The position numbers and the translations under genes were made by a program. A stretch of 63,978 nt of DNA, filler included, from Craspedostauros australis (lineage: Eukaryota): NCBI GenBank assembly GCA_030167865.1. It is 8 parts of 8 records of this genome, joined end to end, with 100 filler letters (N's around TTAATTAATTAA, not from the genome) between each part and the next. Parts side by side here need not be neighbours in the genome. Positions count along the whole stretch, not along the records: positions 1 to 26,449 come from JALAGF010002875.1; 7 more parts are not named here. The stretch is one strand, 5' to 3'. The notes under the pieces are model-generated. The model saw nothing but the letters and a program-made list of their open reading frames with translations, was not told the DNA's origin and made no database searches. Of this stretch, positions 12,144-24,882 are shown piece by piece; positions within the stretch are counted from its first letter, which is position 1, and each line of letters starts with the position of its first letter.

Positions 12144-13868
12144 GATCGCGATGGCTGATTTTGTGACTGATGCTGTGGCTGATGAAGTAATGGGATCGAC
12201 ACTGATAGTGGTGGTGATGGTGAAAGTGACGATGAAAGGGGCAGTGGCAGTGGCCAGAGACTGTGCAGAGACTGTGCAGAGCGTGTTTGTCAAGTGACAC
12301 TTTCCAACTAGGCTCAACTAGGCTCAATTCACTTCACTTCGTCTCCGTTGTGTTCAACGCCGATGCCGATACGAGAAGAGCGACGATGTCCAATCTGATG
12401 GTTGGCTGCCTTCGGTCCTTGCAAATGAAGAGATGGATGGAACAATGGGTTGATGTTGATGTTGATGTTGATGGCTGCGACGAAGTTTTCTGTTGCGATG
12501 CTATCTGTGGCGATGTTGTCCGTGACGATGTCCTTCCAGTGCAATGTTGTCTACTGCAGTGTTGTCTACTGCAGTGCTGTCGATGTCAATGTCGATGCCA
12601 ATGTCGATAGTGTTGCTTCTGCCAATGGCAACGCAACGATAATGGGAGTGGGCGTGACAGTCTTGTTGGCGTTGTCGTTGTCTCCGTTGCTGGTGTTGCC
12701 GATGGTAAACCTCACAATGTTTTTGGTGAGCGACGCAGAAAGAGAAAGCCGTGATAGTATGATGCTGTGACAGTGCGACAGTGCGACACTCCATTCGTCG
12801 AGCAGAGGCAATCTGATCCGTTTCGTCAATCGCCGTCCACCTTTTGAATTCTGTATAGTAGCTCAGCTTTCAACCATCCACTGTCCACTGCTTGTTACGG
12901 TTAGTCGTACTACTGCGGTTGTGCCCTCCTGTCAAGGTTCTCCTTCTCTCCTGTCACCAACTGTTGTCATCAACTGTTGTCACGGACTTTCGTCAGCTCT
13001 CTCTCTCTCTTCTCTTGTTCTTGTCAGAAACTCATGCAATCGGTGCGCCTTCTTGCTCACTTAGACACTCGGTATAGTATATTACTCTACGAGCATGGAC
13101 ATACGAATACCAAGGGTTGGTGCTATGGTGCTATGCCACACGACGCATAACGTGACAGAACAATCACTGCGACTCCTGCTCACTTCTTCCGCCGATCCAC
13201 GTGCATCGCAATTATTTTACGCGTGTGTTGGCAGGTGTTCCTTGTTGGCGTTTTCGTCGTTGCGAAAGCTGTCCTCCGACTCATTTTTGTGACAGGAATT
13301 GTTTCAGCGAGTGGATGTGAGTCGCTAAATTCGTCAAGTCAAATTTCGGTTTCATGTGCTAAACCTTTCATCACACTATGTATATTCACATATGAATATT
13401 TAATAAATGTCACATAAGACCATATTGCGAAACACCTCACTTAGGAGATTCGTGCAAACTTTTTTCGCGATCGTGCCTCGTGCACCAATCACACACGAGA
13501 ACCACATTGGATGCATCATTTATCAGTCTGTCGTATTCTTGGGGGTTTTGTTCTCGTGTCATATCGACTCAGAGACATCACATTGTCTGTGTCACGTGAC
13601 GTCCACGAAAACCATTCCCGAAACGACCACAACCAACAAAAAAGATCTCCGACAGAATCACCAGCCACAGAACAAAGATCACCACCAATTCATGTGGCGG
13701 CATCAACGTCACACAACAACACATCAACAACAGAAGCACCCATCATTCAACATCCTCCAACATCCAACATCATCCAACATCTTCCATCACCCATCTTCTA
13801 TCACCCATCACCTCACACCTCACGCCTCACAGTTCGACACAACAGCAGCAACAGCAACAACAAAGACC

Positions 13869-15980
13869 ATGGCTCACATTTTGACAGCAGTCTCAGGTAC
13901 GGAGAAATGATAAGAAACGTGAGCACTCTCTTCGACAGGCATACTTTCATGTATCACGATGGAGGATGTGCAGAATGGAGTATAGTAGAGCATGCCAGAG
14001 GGTTCACGACGAATAACTGAGCCGATGGTGTTCTATTATCCACCTTCTGTCCTCATACTCTGCCCCACTCTACTTGACCCTACTATTCTCACAATACTCT
14101 GCTGCATCTACCATACCTACACGCACACGCACATCTACACGTACTCTGATTCACTGCGCACAGGCTCCCAGGTGGATGTCGTCCCGGTGCGACGCGCCTT
14201 GGTCAGCGTGTCCGACAAGAGCGGCATCGTCGAGTTCTGCACCTTCCTGGCCTCCAAGGGCGTGGACCTCCTTTCCACAGGCGGCACAGCGAAGAAGCTG
14301 CGCGAGGCTGGCCTCACGGTGCAGGATGTCAGCGACTACACGGGCGCGGCGGAATGCCTCGACGGCCGCGTCAAGACCCTGCATCCCAAGGTCCACGGCG
14401 GCCTGCTCGCCGTCAGGGGAAATCAGATCCACGAGAAGCAGATGGAGGAACAGGGCATGAAGCCGATCGACATGACCATCCTCAACCTCTACCCCTTCGA
14501 GGCCACCGTCGCCAAGGGTGCCGGCTTCGACCAGTGCATCGAGAACATTGACATCGGCGGACCTTCCATGCTGCGATCCACGGCCAAGAACCACGCCTTC
14601 ACGGCCATCGTCACCAACCCCGACCAGTACGCCAAGATCCAGGCCGAGATCGAGGCGCAGGGCGGAACTTCGCTGGCCCTCCGAAAGCAGCTGGCCGCGC
14701 AGGCATTCGCCCTGTCGGCCGCCTACGACTCCGCCATCTCCTCCTGGTTCGCCAACCAGCTCGAGGCCGACGCACCCGTCACGGCGCGCGTCTACAAGCC
14801 AGAGTTCCCGCTCAAGTACGGCTGCAACCCGCATCAGAAGCCGGCCAGGATCTACAGCCGCCTAGGATCCAACCTGCCATTCGACGTCAAGAACGGCGTG
14901 CCGGGATACATCAACCTCCTCGACGCGGCCAACGCATGGCAGCTGGTGCTGGAGCTCAAGCAGGCCACGGGGTTGGCCGCGGCGGCCTCCTTCAAGCACG
15001 TCAGTCCAGCAGGCGCCGCCGTCGCCGTCCCGCTCAACGACGTCGAATGCAAGGCGTACGAGGTCACGGACGAAACCCGTGCTTCTCTCACGCCATCCTC
15101 GCTGGCCTACCTGCGCGCCCGCAACGCAGACCCCATGTGCTCCTTCGGTGACTTCTGCGCCCTCTCCGACGAGGTCGACGAGGCCACCGCTAAGTACCTC
15201 AAGAAGGAGGTGTCCGACGGTATCGTCGCTCCCTCCTACACGCCGGAGGCCATGGAGATCCTCAAGAGCAAGAAGGGCGGACGCTTCATCATCCTGGAGG
15301 CGACGCCAGGCTACAATGTCGGCGAGGTTGAATATCGCGAAGTCTACGGCATGACCTTCTCGCAGAAGCGCAACGACATCATCATCACCAAGGATCACAT
15401 GGAGAAGGTCGTCACCAAGAAGAATTCGTCGCTCGATGACGCAGCCGTCCGCGATCTCATCGTCGCGTCCATCTGCATCAAGTACACGCAATCCAATTCC
15501 GTCGGTTTCGCCAAGGACGGTATGATGGTCGGCGTGGGTGCCGGTCAGCAATCTCGTGTGGACTGCGTCAAGCTCGCCGGGCGCAAGGTCTGCACCTGGT
15601 ACCTGAGACAGCACCCCAAGGTCCTTGCCCTCCCCTTCAAGGCCGGCGTCAAGCGTCAGGACCGAGTCAACGCCCGCGTGCGATACATCGAGGGCGACTT
15701 CACGGAGGAGGAGAAGGTGCGATGGGCCGCCCAGTTCACCGAGACCCCGGAACCATTGACGGAAGACGAGAAGAACGACTTCCTCAAGGGATCCACGGGC
15801 GTGAGCATCAGCAGCGACGCCTTCTTCCCCTTCCGCGATTCCATCGATCACGCCAGCAAGCTCGGAGTCACCTACGTCGCCCAACCTGGAGGTTCCGTTC
15901 AGGACGGCCAAGTCACGGAGGCGTGCGACGAGTACGGCATGGCCATGTGCTTCACTGGAACTCGTCTGTTCCATCACTAA
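13869..15980 (+). CDS. ATIC: Bifunctional AICAR transformylase/IMP cyclohydrolase; exons 13869-13896 and 14164-15980
   Basis: RALVSVSDK, STGGT, GRVKTLHP, ENIDIGG, LKYGCNPHQ, SFKHVSPAGAA, GAGQQSRVDC, SSDAFFPFRD, RLFHH. Short first exon MAHILTAVSG with GTACGG...CAG intron. Confidence 0.97.
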
Positions 15981-17320
15981 GCCAACCGCCAGTACGCTCT
16001 ATGCGATGTGAGTCCGTTGCAAGGCACCCAGACTTGCGCGCACGCAGGTATGCAGGTCCGCGTAAGTATTATTGTTGGCATAGTAACATGATAAAGTTTC
16101 ACATTTTATGGTCCTCTGATTAATGCTCCAACAGAACAGCAAACATATGTGGAGGCCATGGAGTATGGTATGTCTGTATGGTGCACAATCCTCCCACAGC
16201 ATCATGATAACTTCGATCATCGCGCAGCATCACCGTACACAACCTACACTTACCGACTAGTTAGAATTAAGCACTGCATATATGGTACGTCCGTATGTAC
16301 GCAAATCGAACTCGATTCAGGTCGTGTCCGTTTGTGTTGTGGTTTTGTTCGTTGTTGCGAGAGACCAAACAGACTGCCAATCGTGTGTTTTGATGGAAGA
16401 TGAACTGTTGGTCAAACAGACATACATCTTCTGGATACATGTCCGAAACAGCCAAGTGTCGAGTTCGGACAGAAAATTAGACAGACATACATACCTTCAG
16501 ACAAACAGACACCATCGAGGAAAGTCCTTGAATTTGTCCGCGAAATAAATAAACGGACAATATGGAAAAGTCGATGTGATCAGCTTGGTCGATCCATCAG
16601 TCTGTCCCACCACCCGATCAGGAAACCGTCACATCCCAACCAAATCAATGGCCTGCTCACCTTTTCCACAACACTCGACAACCAACGATACGCTAACCAC
16701 GCAAGTACGAGTTACTCGAAGCACACCACGTATCCCACATCACACATCATGAAGAAAAGAATGGAGACATCAAGAGAAGACGACAGGAGGGCTCACAAAC
16801 ACAACACAGCAGATTTCAGACTCCACAAGATTGATTGAAGCGCCGAACAGCATTACTGCGCGAGAGGGTCTCCATCTGCTCTCAATCAGGATACTCCACA
16901 ACAACCGCCAGACCAGCAGGAAGAGAGGAAGGAAGGAAGCAGCGCATGAGAGCAGAGCGAACTTCAGGTTGAAGTGGTCGATGCATCATCTTTGCCAACA
17001 GAGAGACTCAAGTGTACAAATATATATTTGATATATTAGATATTAGATATAGAGAGGGAGAGGCAGAGACAGAGCCATCCATTGGACATCACCTGGAAAG
17101 GTAAACAGGATCGAGGGTGCGGTGAGAGACCACAAACGAAGACAGAGACGAGGGCAATGCCACAGCGATGAACATGAGTGAAAAGGCAGGCAACCCAGGA
17201 AATGCAGGAAAGGAAGAAACGGCAGGCAACGGCGGCAGCAGACCAGGTAGGAGACGGAAGCGGCCCAGGAAAAGCATGTCTTCGCTGTCATTATCGTTGT
17301 CGCTGTCGCTGTCGCTGGCT

Positions 17321-20300
17321 ATGAGGGCGTCAGCTGTTACGACGATAGCCTTTGGATCGCATGTGGCACTGTCCGTCCTGCTGCTCCAATCCATCCCACC
17401 GGTGGCAGCATTCCAAACCTCGAGAATATCTCGCGCCCATTCTCCAAGCCGCAACAATCGCCTTTCCACTGCATCCTCCCTGTCCCCATCCTTGTCTGCT
17501 CCAATCACAACGTCAGCATTATCGTTATCATCATCATTATCATCGTCATCATCACCACTGCCGTCATCATCCTCGTCATCGTTCGGGCCAAGCTATCGTC
17601 GTAACAGCGCAGGAGCGGCTGCATCAATATCCTTAACTAGATTGGCATTTGCGACTACTTCATCCATCCCATCGGCACCAGTGGATCAAACGCAACTATG
17701 CCAGCAACAGCGAAGGCGGCAGCGACAACAGCAGCAGCAACAGCAGCAACAACGACAACGATTGCACTCATCATATCGCCACGTCAACGCTGTCCCTCAC
17801 AATGATCATGGTTCCTCCACTCGCCTTTTCTCTACCACCTCCGACTATCAATTGACACGTGTCGAACTGCAATCGATGAAAGTCGCAGAGCTGAAGCAGC
17901 TCGTCAAGGAGTCGGAATGGAACGAAAGGGGCCTGCTCACCAGCTTGCCCAAGAAGCAGAACCTTGTGGACTTTCTGGATGACAAGATCAACGGAGACGG
18001 CGACGGTGACGGTGACGGTGATAGTGCTGACGACGCCATCAAGAACGGAGCTGCTTTGGGTGCTGTCAACGGTGCTACCAACGGTGCTACTGACGGTACG
18101 GCTAACGGCGCCTCCACCCAAGACCAAAGCCGACACCAACCAACTTCAGGAGCCGCAGCAGCTCCAGCAGCCACGACGAATGGAACGCAAGATGTGGACA
18201 TGGCGGATGCCAACGAGGGCGCTGAAGCGCAGCCGGCCAAGAAGCCCAGGCGGATGCCACCAATGAACATGCCGCCGCCACCTCCTATTGTCACATCAAC
18301 GCCGGCAAACTCAGAGGGTACAGATCCATCGAATGCCGGCGACAAAGAGTCAGCAGCAGAGCCAAAGCGTTCACCCAAAGAAGCCATCCGGCAGAAGGTG
18401 TACGACAGATACCCGCCGACCGCCGACCCGGATTGGGAGATGAAGCGATACGCAGCCATTGCTGATGGCGAGCTCGTGGAGGATGTACGCCAAACGTACC
18501 ATCCCATGCTGACAGCCGGAGGTAGCAAAACAACCAGCGACATGGACATGGTCTTCATCGGGACAGCAAGCTGCTCCCCTGGCATAACACGAGGTGTCAG
18601 CTGCACCGCCATCCGCTTGAATTGGAAACGAAGCCCCGTCACGGGACTACCCAAGGGCAGCAAGATGCCACCCCCCTTCTCTGGTGGAACCTGGCTCTTT
18701 GATTGCGGAGAATGCACACAGGTACGTACGAACACCCACTCGCTCACCCACTCACCCACTCACTCATTCGCTTATCTGAGGTCAACTCAACTCAGATACG
18801 AGTGCATACATGAAGGCGCAGTGCAAACGACACAAAGGGAAACCGAATGGATCAAAATAACCCACCATACACCCAACGGATCCATCGATTGATTGATTCG
18901 TCAACTGAATTGTGGTTTGCAAATGACGAGAATCGAGATGCTGGCACCAGTCCGAGAGTTGATCTACCAGACTTCTCCATGGCGATGCTCATCTTTTTAT
19001 ACGCAACCGATGCAAAAATCCACAGAGGACCAGACACGCAGTTGTCAATCATCACCAGTCAACGTTCAATATTCGATTGTGCTTGACGGGGTGTGCGATC
19101 TACGATGTGGGATCAGTGATCATTGATCAGAAAAATCAACCCTCAACCAGACAATGTGTTCGAATGCCGACACTGTCATCGCGTTTTGTGCATATTGCAC
19201 TGCACTGCATCATGTCGACGTGACGTAAACACCTTCTGAACAATTCCAGATGTGCACAAGCTCGCGTTGATCGTCGCCCACGTGTATCCTCAATCCTTTT
19301 GCTTGACTGCTTGCTCACTGTTTCTCTTCATCCCCTCTTTTTCTACTATTGCAACGTCCACTGTTGCAACGTCTACTGTTGCAACTTCTGCCCCTACTCA
19401 AATATTCACATTCGAAACCCTCAAAACGACCACAGCTCCAAGTTCAACGAACTTCGGCCATCCGCCCGACCAAGATCACAAAGATTTTCATCACGCATGC
19501 CCATGGTGATCACAGCTTTGGTCTGCCAGGATTGCTGTGCCTGATGGGACAAGATCGAGATCGGGACGGACCCCCCGTTGAGATCTATGGCCCGGAAGGG
19601 CTGCGAATGTGGCTGCGGATCGCCATCCGGTACAGTGTCTCGAGAATCGTCCCGCCCTACCGCGTGCACGAATTGAAAGACATCCCGATGGCACCCGAGT
19701 GGGAGTATCACCGCAAATTCCGCAAGTACTTTTACCGTGGAATGAAGAACAGCCGCCATAACGATGATGGCAGACGCGGTGACACGCAAGGTCCACGCCG
19801 TTGGCCCAGACAAGGCATCGCGGGCGAAGATCAGTCCGCATGGATCTACCGTTCCAACGTCATGGAATTCGAGGCATCATCGATGTATGGCGAGATTGAC
19901 GGCGGTCGTGACATCTTGCCGAACTACGACCATCCCATGAGCAGCGACGGTGCGCCGGTCTGGGACGTGGAGGACGAAGGCGATGTGACAGTGTCCGCTG
20001 CGCCCATGTCCCATGGCGTTCCTTGCGTCGGATATGTCGTCCAGGAGGCTGGACGTCCCGGTAGGCTGCGCGATGACATCGTGAAGCCTCTGGTGATGAA
20101 AAATAGCGATGCGCTGCGCGAGGCCGGTTTCCGAGTCCCCATGAAGGCCATGGGGGTGATCAAGAATCTCGAAATCGGCAGTGCCTTCACTTTCCCCGAC
20201 GGCACAGTCCTGAAGCAGGAAGAGGCCGTGGAACCTGCAAGGAAAGGACGCAAGATCGTGATCTGTGGTGATACGGCCAGCAGCCGGGCGCTGGAGAAGC

Positions 20301-20659
20301 TCGCGCAAAACGCCGACGTCCTGGTCCACGAGGCCACGAACACTCACTTGGTCGGTGTGGACGCGAAGGGTTCCAACCCCCGCGATGTGACACGGGACAC
20401 CATCGTCCACGGCCATTCCACCCCCTTCATGGCTGGTGATTTCGCCAAGCGAGTGAATGCCAAACGGCTCCTCCTCAACCACTTCTCCCCACGATACAAG
20501 GGCGATGCATCGGTGGACTCGATAAGTATCATGCAACGCATCGAGTACCAGGCCATGCGCGCAAGCGACATGTCCAAGTCTCAGATTGCAGCGGCGTGGG
20601 ACTTGATGCTCCTGCCCGTTCCGATGGAAAGAAGCAGTGAGCAACAGGACGACAAGTGA
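17321..20659 (+). CDS. rnz: Ribonuclease Z (short form, metallo-beta-lactamase), probably plastid-targeted; exons 17321-18721 and 19436-20659 (alternative upstream ATG 17168)
   Basis: FIGTAS, WLFDCGECTQ|LQ, ITHAHGDH, HGVPCVGY, GDT, HEAT, HST, NHFSPRY. Signal peptide ending VAAF followed by an S/R-rich transit region. Confidence 0.9.
18916..19016 (+). ncRNA. Box C/D snoRNA candidate, copy 1 (in the RNase Z intron)
   Basis: Terminal stem TTTGCA/TGCAAA, C box ATGACGA 18923-18929, D' CCGA 18952-18955, D CCGA 19007-19010. Guide TGCTGGCACCAG (18939-18950) is antisense to 18S CUGGUGCCAGCA. Confidence 0.8.
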
Positions 20660-20871
20660 GCGGTCGCCCTTCAGTTGCCCGGATGATACCTGAGCGATGG
20701 TCCAGCGAGATGCATGCGGAACAGGTATGTACAAACTCATGTTGTGACCATGCCTGCGCTTCGATTTTGCGTGCGTGATCTGCTTGTGCCATTGGACGGG
20801 TGGATTGTCCAGCAGACGCCTCCAGCCTTTCCTCTGCACAATTGATGCTCAATTCGCATCCGTTTTGCTGA

Positions 20872-20983
20872 GCCTTTGTGTAAATGACGAGAATCGAGAT
20901 GCTGGCACCAGTCCGAGAGTTGATCTACCAGACTTCTCCATGGCGATGCTCATCTTTTTAATACGCAACCGATACACAAAGGC
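20872..20983 (+). ncRNA. Box C/D snoRNA candidate, copy 2 (downstream of the RNase Z stop codon)
   Basis: Core nearly identical to copy 1, with a different but perfect 11-bp terminal stem GCCTTTGTGTA/TACACAAAGGC. C box 20884-20890, D' 20913-20916, D 20969-20972. Confidence 0.8.
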
Positions 20984-21882
20984 AAGCACGGATCGCTGAA
21001 TTCATGGATGGATGGGGAGATGGATGGGGGATTGTGAGAATGTGCCACGTAGCTCCGCAAGCCCGTATCGTCTTCATGCAACACATCTGACACTTGCGCT
21101 TGCTTTCGTTTCGCTCACGTTCACGCTCCCACTCTGCACACGTACGTGCCATAGCTCGTACGCGTATGGTACCAAATATAATACTATCCTGCTCTCTTGG
21201 CTCTGCCATTGCTCGAACTGCAGCGCGCCATGCACAAACATCTTGTGGAAAAATAATAGAGTGCTCTTTTGATAGTCTCACACACCCTCTGCACGGTGCA
21301 TTTCGTGCAGTGAGAGTCTTGACCCATAAAATAGGATCCTCCAGCACATTCCAAACCAAACGAGACAAGCTGAAGTCTTGGGAGCGCGTTGTTGTGGCCG
21401 TATGCACCAGTGGAGAAGACAGACTTTTGTAGAGTACGGTTGCAAATCGTTATCGTTCGAAGTCATACCACGAGTAGTACAACTCCTAATGCCAGCACCG
21501 CAGTGAAGAATCGTACCAGTAAGCTCTACCATGCTCTTCGTGCTTCTGCTCGCGTGCGAATACGGTCTGGCTAGTTAAGACGAACACATCGAGCAGAGAA
21601 CATGACTATGAATTGCGCTACTCTGTGTGAAATATAATACGGACGTAACAGTAACATGCAAGTGCAGCCAAGAGTATGCACTCAAATGTAGAGTACCTCG
21701 ACTTGCGCTTGACGGAGGGATCTCTTCGTGGCTCCTGTTCGCCGTCTTCATTCATTTGATTCTTGCCCACTCGCCACAGCGTGTCATCCACGATGCCGAC
21801 GACATCGTCAGCATCATCCTCGTGCGCACTGCGAGTCGTACGAGGGATGGTACAGGCAAGAGCGACATGCTCGTACGGAACA

Positions 21883-23205
21883 CTAAATGCTCTTGAAACC
21901 GAACACGCCGTAGAGGAATTCGAGCGTGAGCAACTGGAGCGTTGCCTGCGGCGCGAAGCGTGCCCAGATGGGGACGAAGCCTCTCCACAAGCTGAGGACT
22001 CCGTCATTCTTGACGGTCTTGACGAGACAGTCGGTGAATCCGTTGTAGATCTTTTGGTCAGTTGGTTGGCTCATGAGCTTGGTGCGAATCATGTCCCATG
22101 GTGCGACCGTGCACGTCATGAAGAATCCAGCGATGAAGGAACTGGAGAAGGCGGTGCGGACATCCTTTCTGGACCAGCCAGTCTGCTTGGAGACGAATCC
22201 CTTGCTGATATCGTAGACGCCCATCTTTGTGGCATTGAGGACGCAGGCGCGGGCGATGTTAACCTCGACTCCGCGGTAGAAGCCCCCTATGCCTTGATCC
22301 TTGTACATGCGACCAACGAGTGCGGAGAGCGGGACGGAAGCTCCTTTGTTGGTTTGCGCAAGCGTCTTGAGAACATCGAATGGATTTCCGATGCAGCTGC
22401 CGACGCCGCCCGTGATCGCACCCGCAACGAACTTGATGTAGAAAGGCGACTCCTTTCCCGCGCCAAGCATGTCACGGACTGCAATACGCAGAGTGCAATG
22501 GAGTGGAACAGAAACGGGTGGAGGGTAAGAAAAGGTGTGGCAGCAGTTGGACAGGCAGCGGTTTCAATGATTTGGTCGTTTTTCGTTGATTCATTGGCGG
22601 GTGGAGGTTCGACAAGATTCGGAAAGTGACGAGGTATAATAATATATGCGTTTGTGGATGAAGAGGAGCAACATGAATGAGGCTCTGAAAGGGGAGCAGG
22701 GCCTGATAAATCGTAAACAGCAGATCGCATTGGCAGATCCACCAGGGATTGCTTTCCAAACAGCCATCCAACTGCAAGTACAATACAACACATTGTGGAA
22801 CAATATCTTACCTGGTGCGTACGCTCCTAGCTTGATGGTGGTGTAGGAAAGCTCGCGTCCGTAGGCAAAGGGGAGTCCCTTCCAGAAGGATCGGACGCCC
22901 TCCGACTTGACGATCTGCGAGCAGGTCTCGCCGATGGTGGCACCGGAGACCTGCATCCTTGTTTTGACAGTTTCGATGGGATGCGTGAAGTTGACCGCGA
23001 AGGATGCTGCCATGCCACCAAGCCCCATGCTCTGCCAGATGGAGGGTTTGAGTGCCAATGGGGCTGTGGCTGTTGTTGTTGCCGTTGTCGTTGCTGCTGC
23101 TGGAGAGAACGCGAGCGGCATCTGGCTGGGGTGGTACACCATCACATCTGGACGGGCAGCGCCGTTGGTTGGGGCAGGCGCGATTTGATCGGCGGGTATT
23201 CTCAT
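21883..23205 (-). CDS. Mitochondrial carrier family (SLC25) protein, dicarboxylate/oxoglutarate/UCP-like; exons 23205-22812 and 22478-21883
   Basis: Three PX[DE]XX[KR] motifs ([23 protein letters not shown]), [25 protein letters not shown]...CAG intron. Confidence 0.93.
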
Positions 23206-23833
23206 GGTGGCTTCGTCTGGGCGGAAGTAGAGCGAGGAGGAAGGTTGGTTGGCGGTGTGGATCCTTTTGTTTGTGTCGCCTCCTCTTGATGGGGCAGTTT
23301 TGGAGAGGGATGGGTGTGGGATGATCATAGCGCGAGTATGCTCGCAAGTATTGTAGCGTGCGAAGATGGTACTATAATAGTAGAGTAAATGATCCAGCGT
23401 CTGATGTGCTCAATCGCCGTGCCGACAAGTTCGGTGCTTGCTCTTGTGATGCTGTTGATGATGCTGAATTGCGACTGAAACGGCAGATGCAATTGCAACT
23501 TATTACTATTAAATGATATGATGGGTGGTGTCAATGGCTGTCGACGCTCCAATTGTTGTTGGATCCATCGTCAACCAAACAAGACAGACAGAGAGAGGGA
23601 AGAAGAAACACGAAGCACGGAGGCGCTGGTGGATGAGAAACACGACAAGAAGAGTAAATTCAAATGGACAGCAAGACACGGGAATTCCACTGAAACTGGT
23701 GACCGGATGTTCGTGGTCAGTCCACAATTCAATCGTGTTTAGGACAATTAACCTTTGGTCGATCTTGTCAATCCCACATCGCTGAATTTCATCTCCGCCG
23801 TTTAATTGACGTTATAAGGGTTATTTGACAACG

Positions 23834-24044
23834 AAGTACTTTCAACGTTTGTCAAGTACTTTCAACGTTTGTTAAGTACTTTCAACGTTTGTTGAGTACT
23901 TTCAACGTTTGTTCAGTACTTTCAACGTTTGTTAAGTACTTTCAACGTTTGTCCAGTACTTTCAACGTTTGTCCAGTACCTTCAACGTTTGTTAAGTACT
24001 TTCAACGTTTGTTCAGTACCTTCAACGTTTGTTGAGTACTTTCA
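23834..24044. repeat. 20-bp tandem array 1 (~10.5 units)
   Basis: Unit [A/G/C]AGTACTTTCAACGTTTGT[T/C]. Confidence 0.97.
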
Positions 24045-24633
24045 CAGTTTCCCACCAGACACTGCAGCAACCCCGACTCGCAGAGACCACACTGTTGCGG
24101 ACAGCATCCAAACACGAGTCAATCTGGCCAGAAGAAAAAAACACAAAAACTCCACAACGAGCGCCATCGGTTCGCAGAGTGAGTTCGGCGCAAAGTAGAG
24201 CAATGGTTGTTGTGCTTCTGCGCGCGCTTCCTCCTCGCTGACTTCCTTCTCCTTGACGTTTCCTACATCTTGATTGTATGATGGATAATCAGTGATAGAT
24301 GATCAGTGATGGATGATGACAAGTTAGCACACGCGTGAAACGATGTTGAGGGTGACAACATCCAATGATTCAAATTATATGGGTTAACAGGTCGTGTGGA
24401 CCCGTCATGCAATGCTCTATACTTGTACGGTTGGGCGATACCTGTGTTCGCGCAGTAACCCCGTTTTAACCGTTTTACACGTATCCCTGCTTGATGAAGT
24501 ATGAAGGACGGTTGAAATTCGCATGGAGCAGAACACGCAGGAAGACCGCCGCGTTCGCCACAAGCGTGTTGTGATGGAGAAATTTGAATCATGTTTGTAA
24601 CGGCACAGAACGCTTCATTGAAGAGAATTGCTC

Positions 24634-24882
24634 TCAGCGTTTGTCAAGTACTTTCAACGTTTGTTGAGTACTTTCAACGTTTGTTAAGTACTTTCAACGT
24701 TTGTTGAGTACTTTCAACGTCTGTTAAGTACTTTCAACGTTTGTTGAGTACTTTCAACGTTTGTTAAGTACTTTCAACGTTTGTTAAGTACTTTCAACGT
24801 TTGTTGAGTACTTTCAACGTTTGTTCAGTACTTTCAACGTTTGTTAAGTACTTTCAACGTTTGTTAAGTACTTTCAACGTTT
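24634..24882. repeat. 20-bp tandem array 2 (~12 units), same unit and orientation as array 1
   Basis: Same unit as 23834-24044. Confidence 0.97.

Noticed and set aside
14862..15977. Long antisense ORFs (also 5562-6368, 7743-8729, 19877-20839, 21763-22629)
   Set aside because: Shadows of codon-biased genes on the opposite strand.
23834..24882. CRISPR array, or coding ORFs (LSTFNVC repeats)
   Set aside because: Units abut with no unique spacers, there are no cas genes, and the host is eukaryotic. The ORFs are by-products of the repeat.
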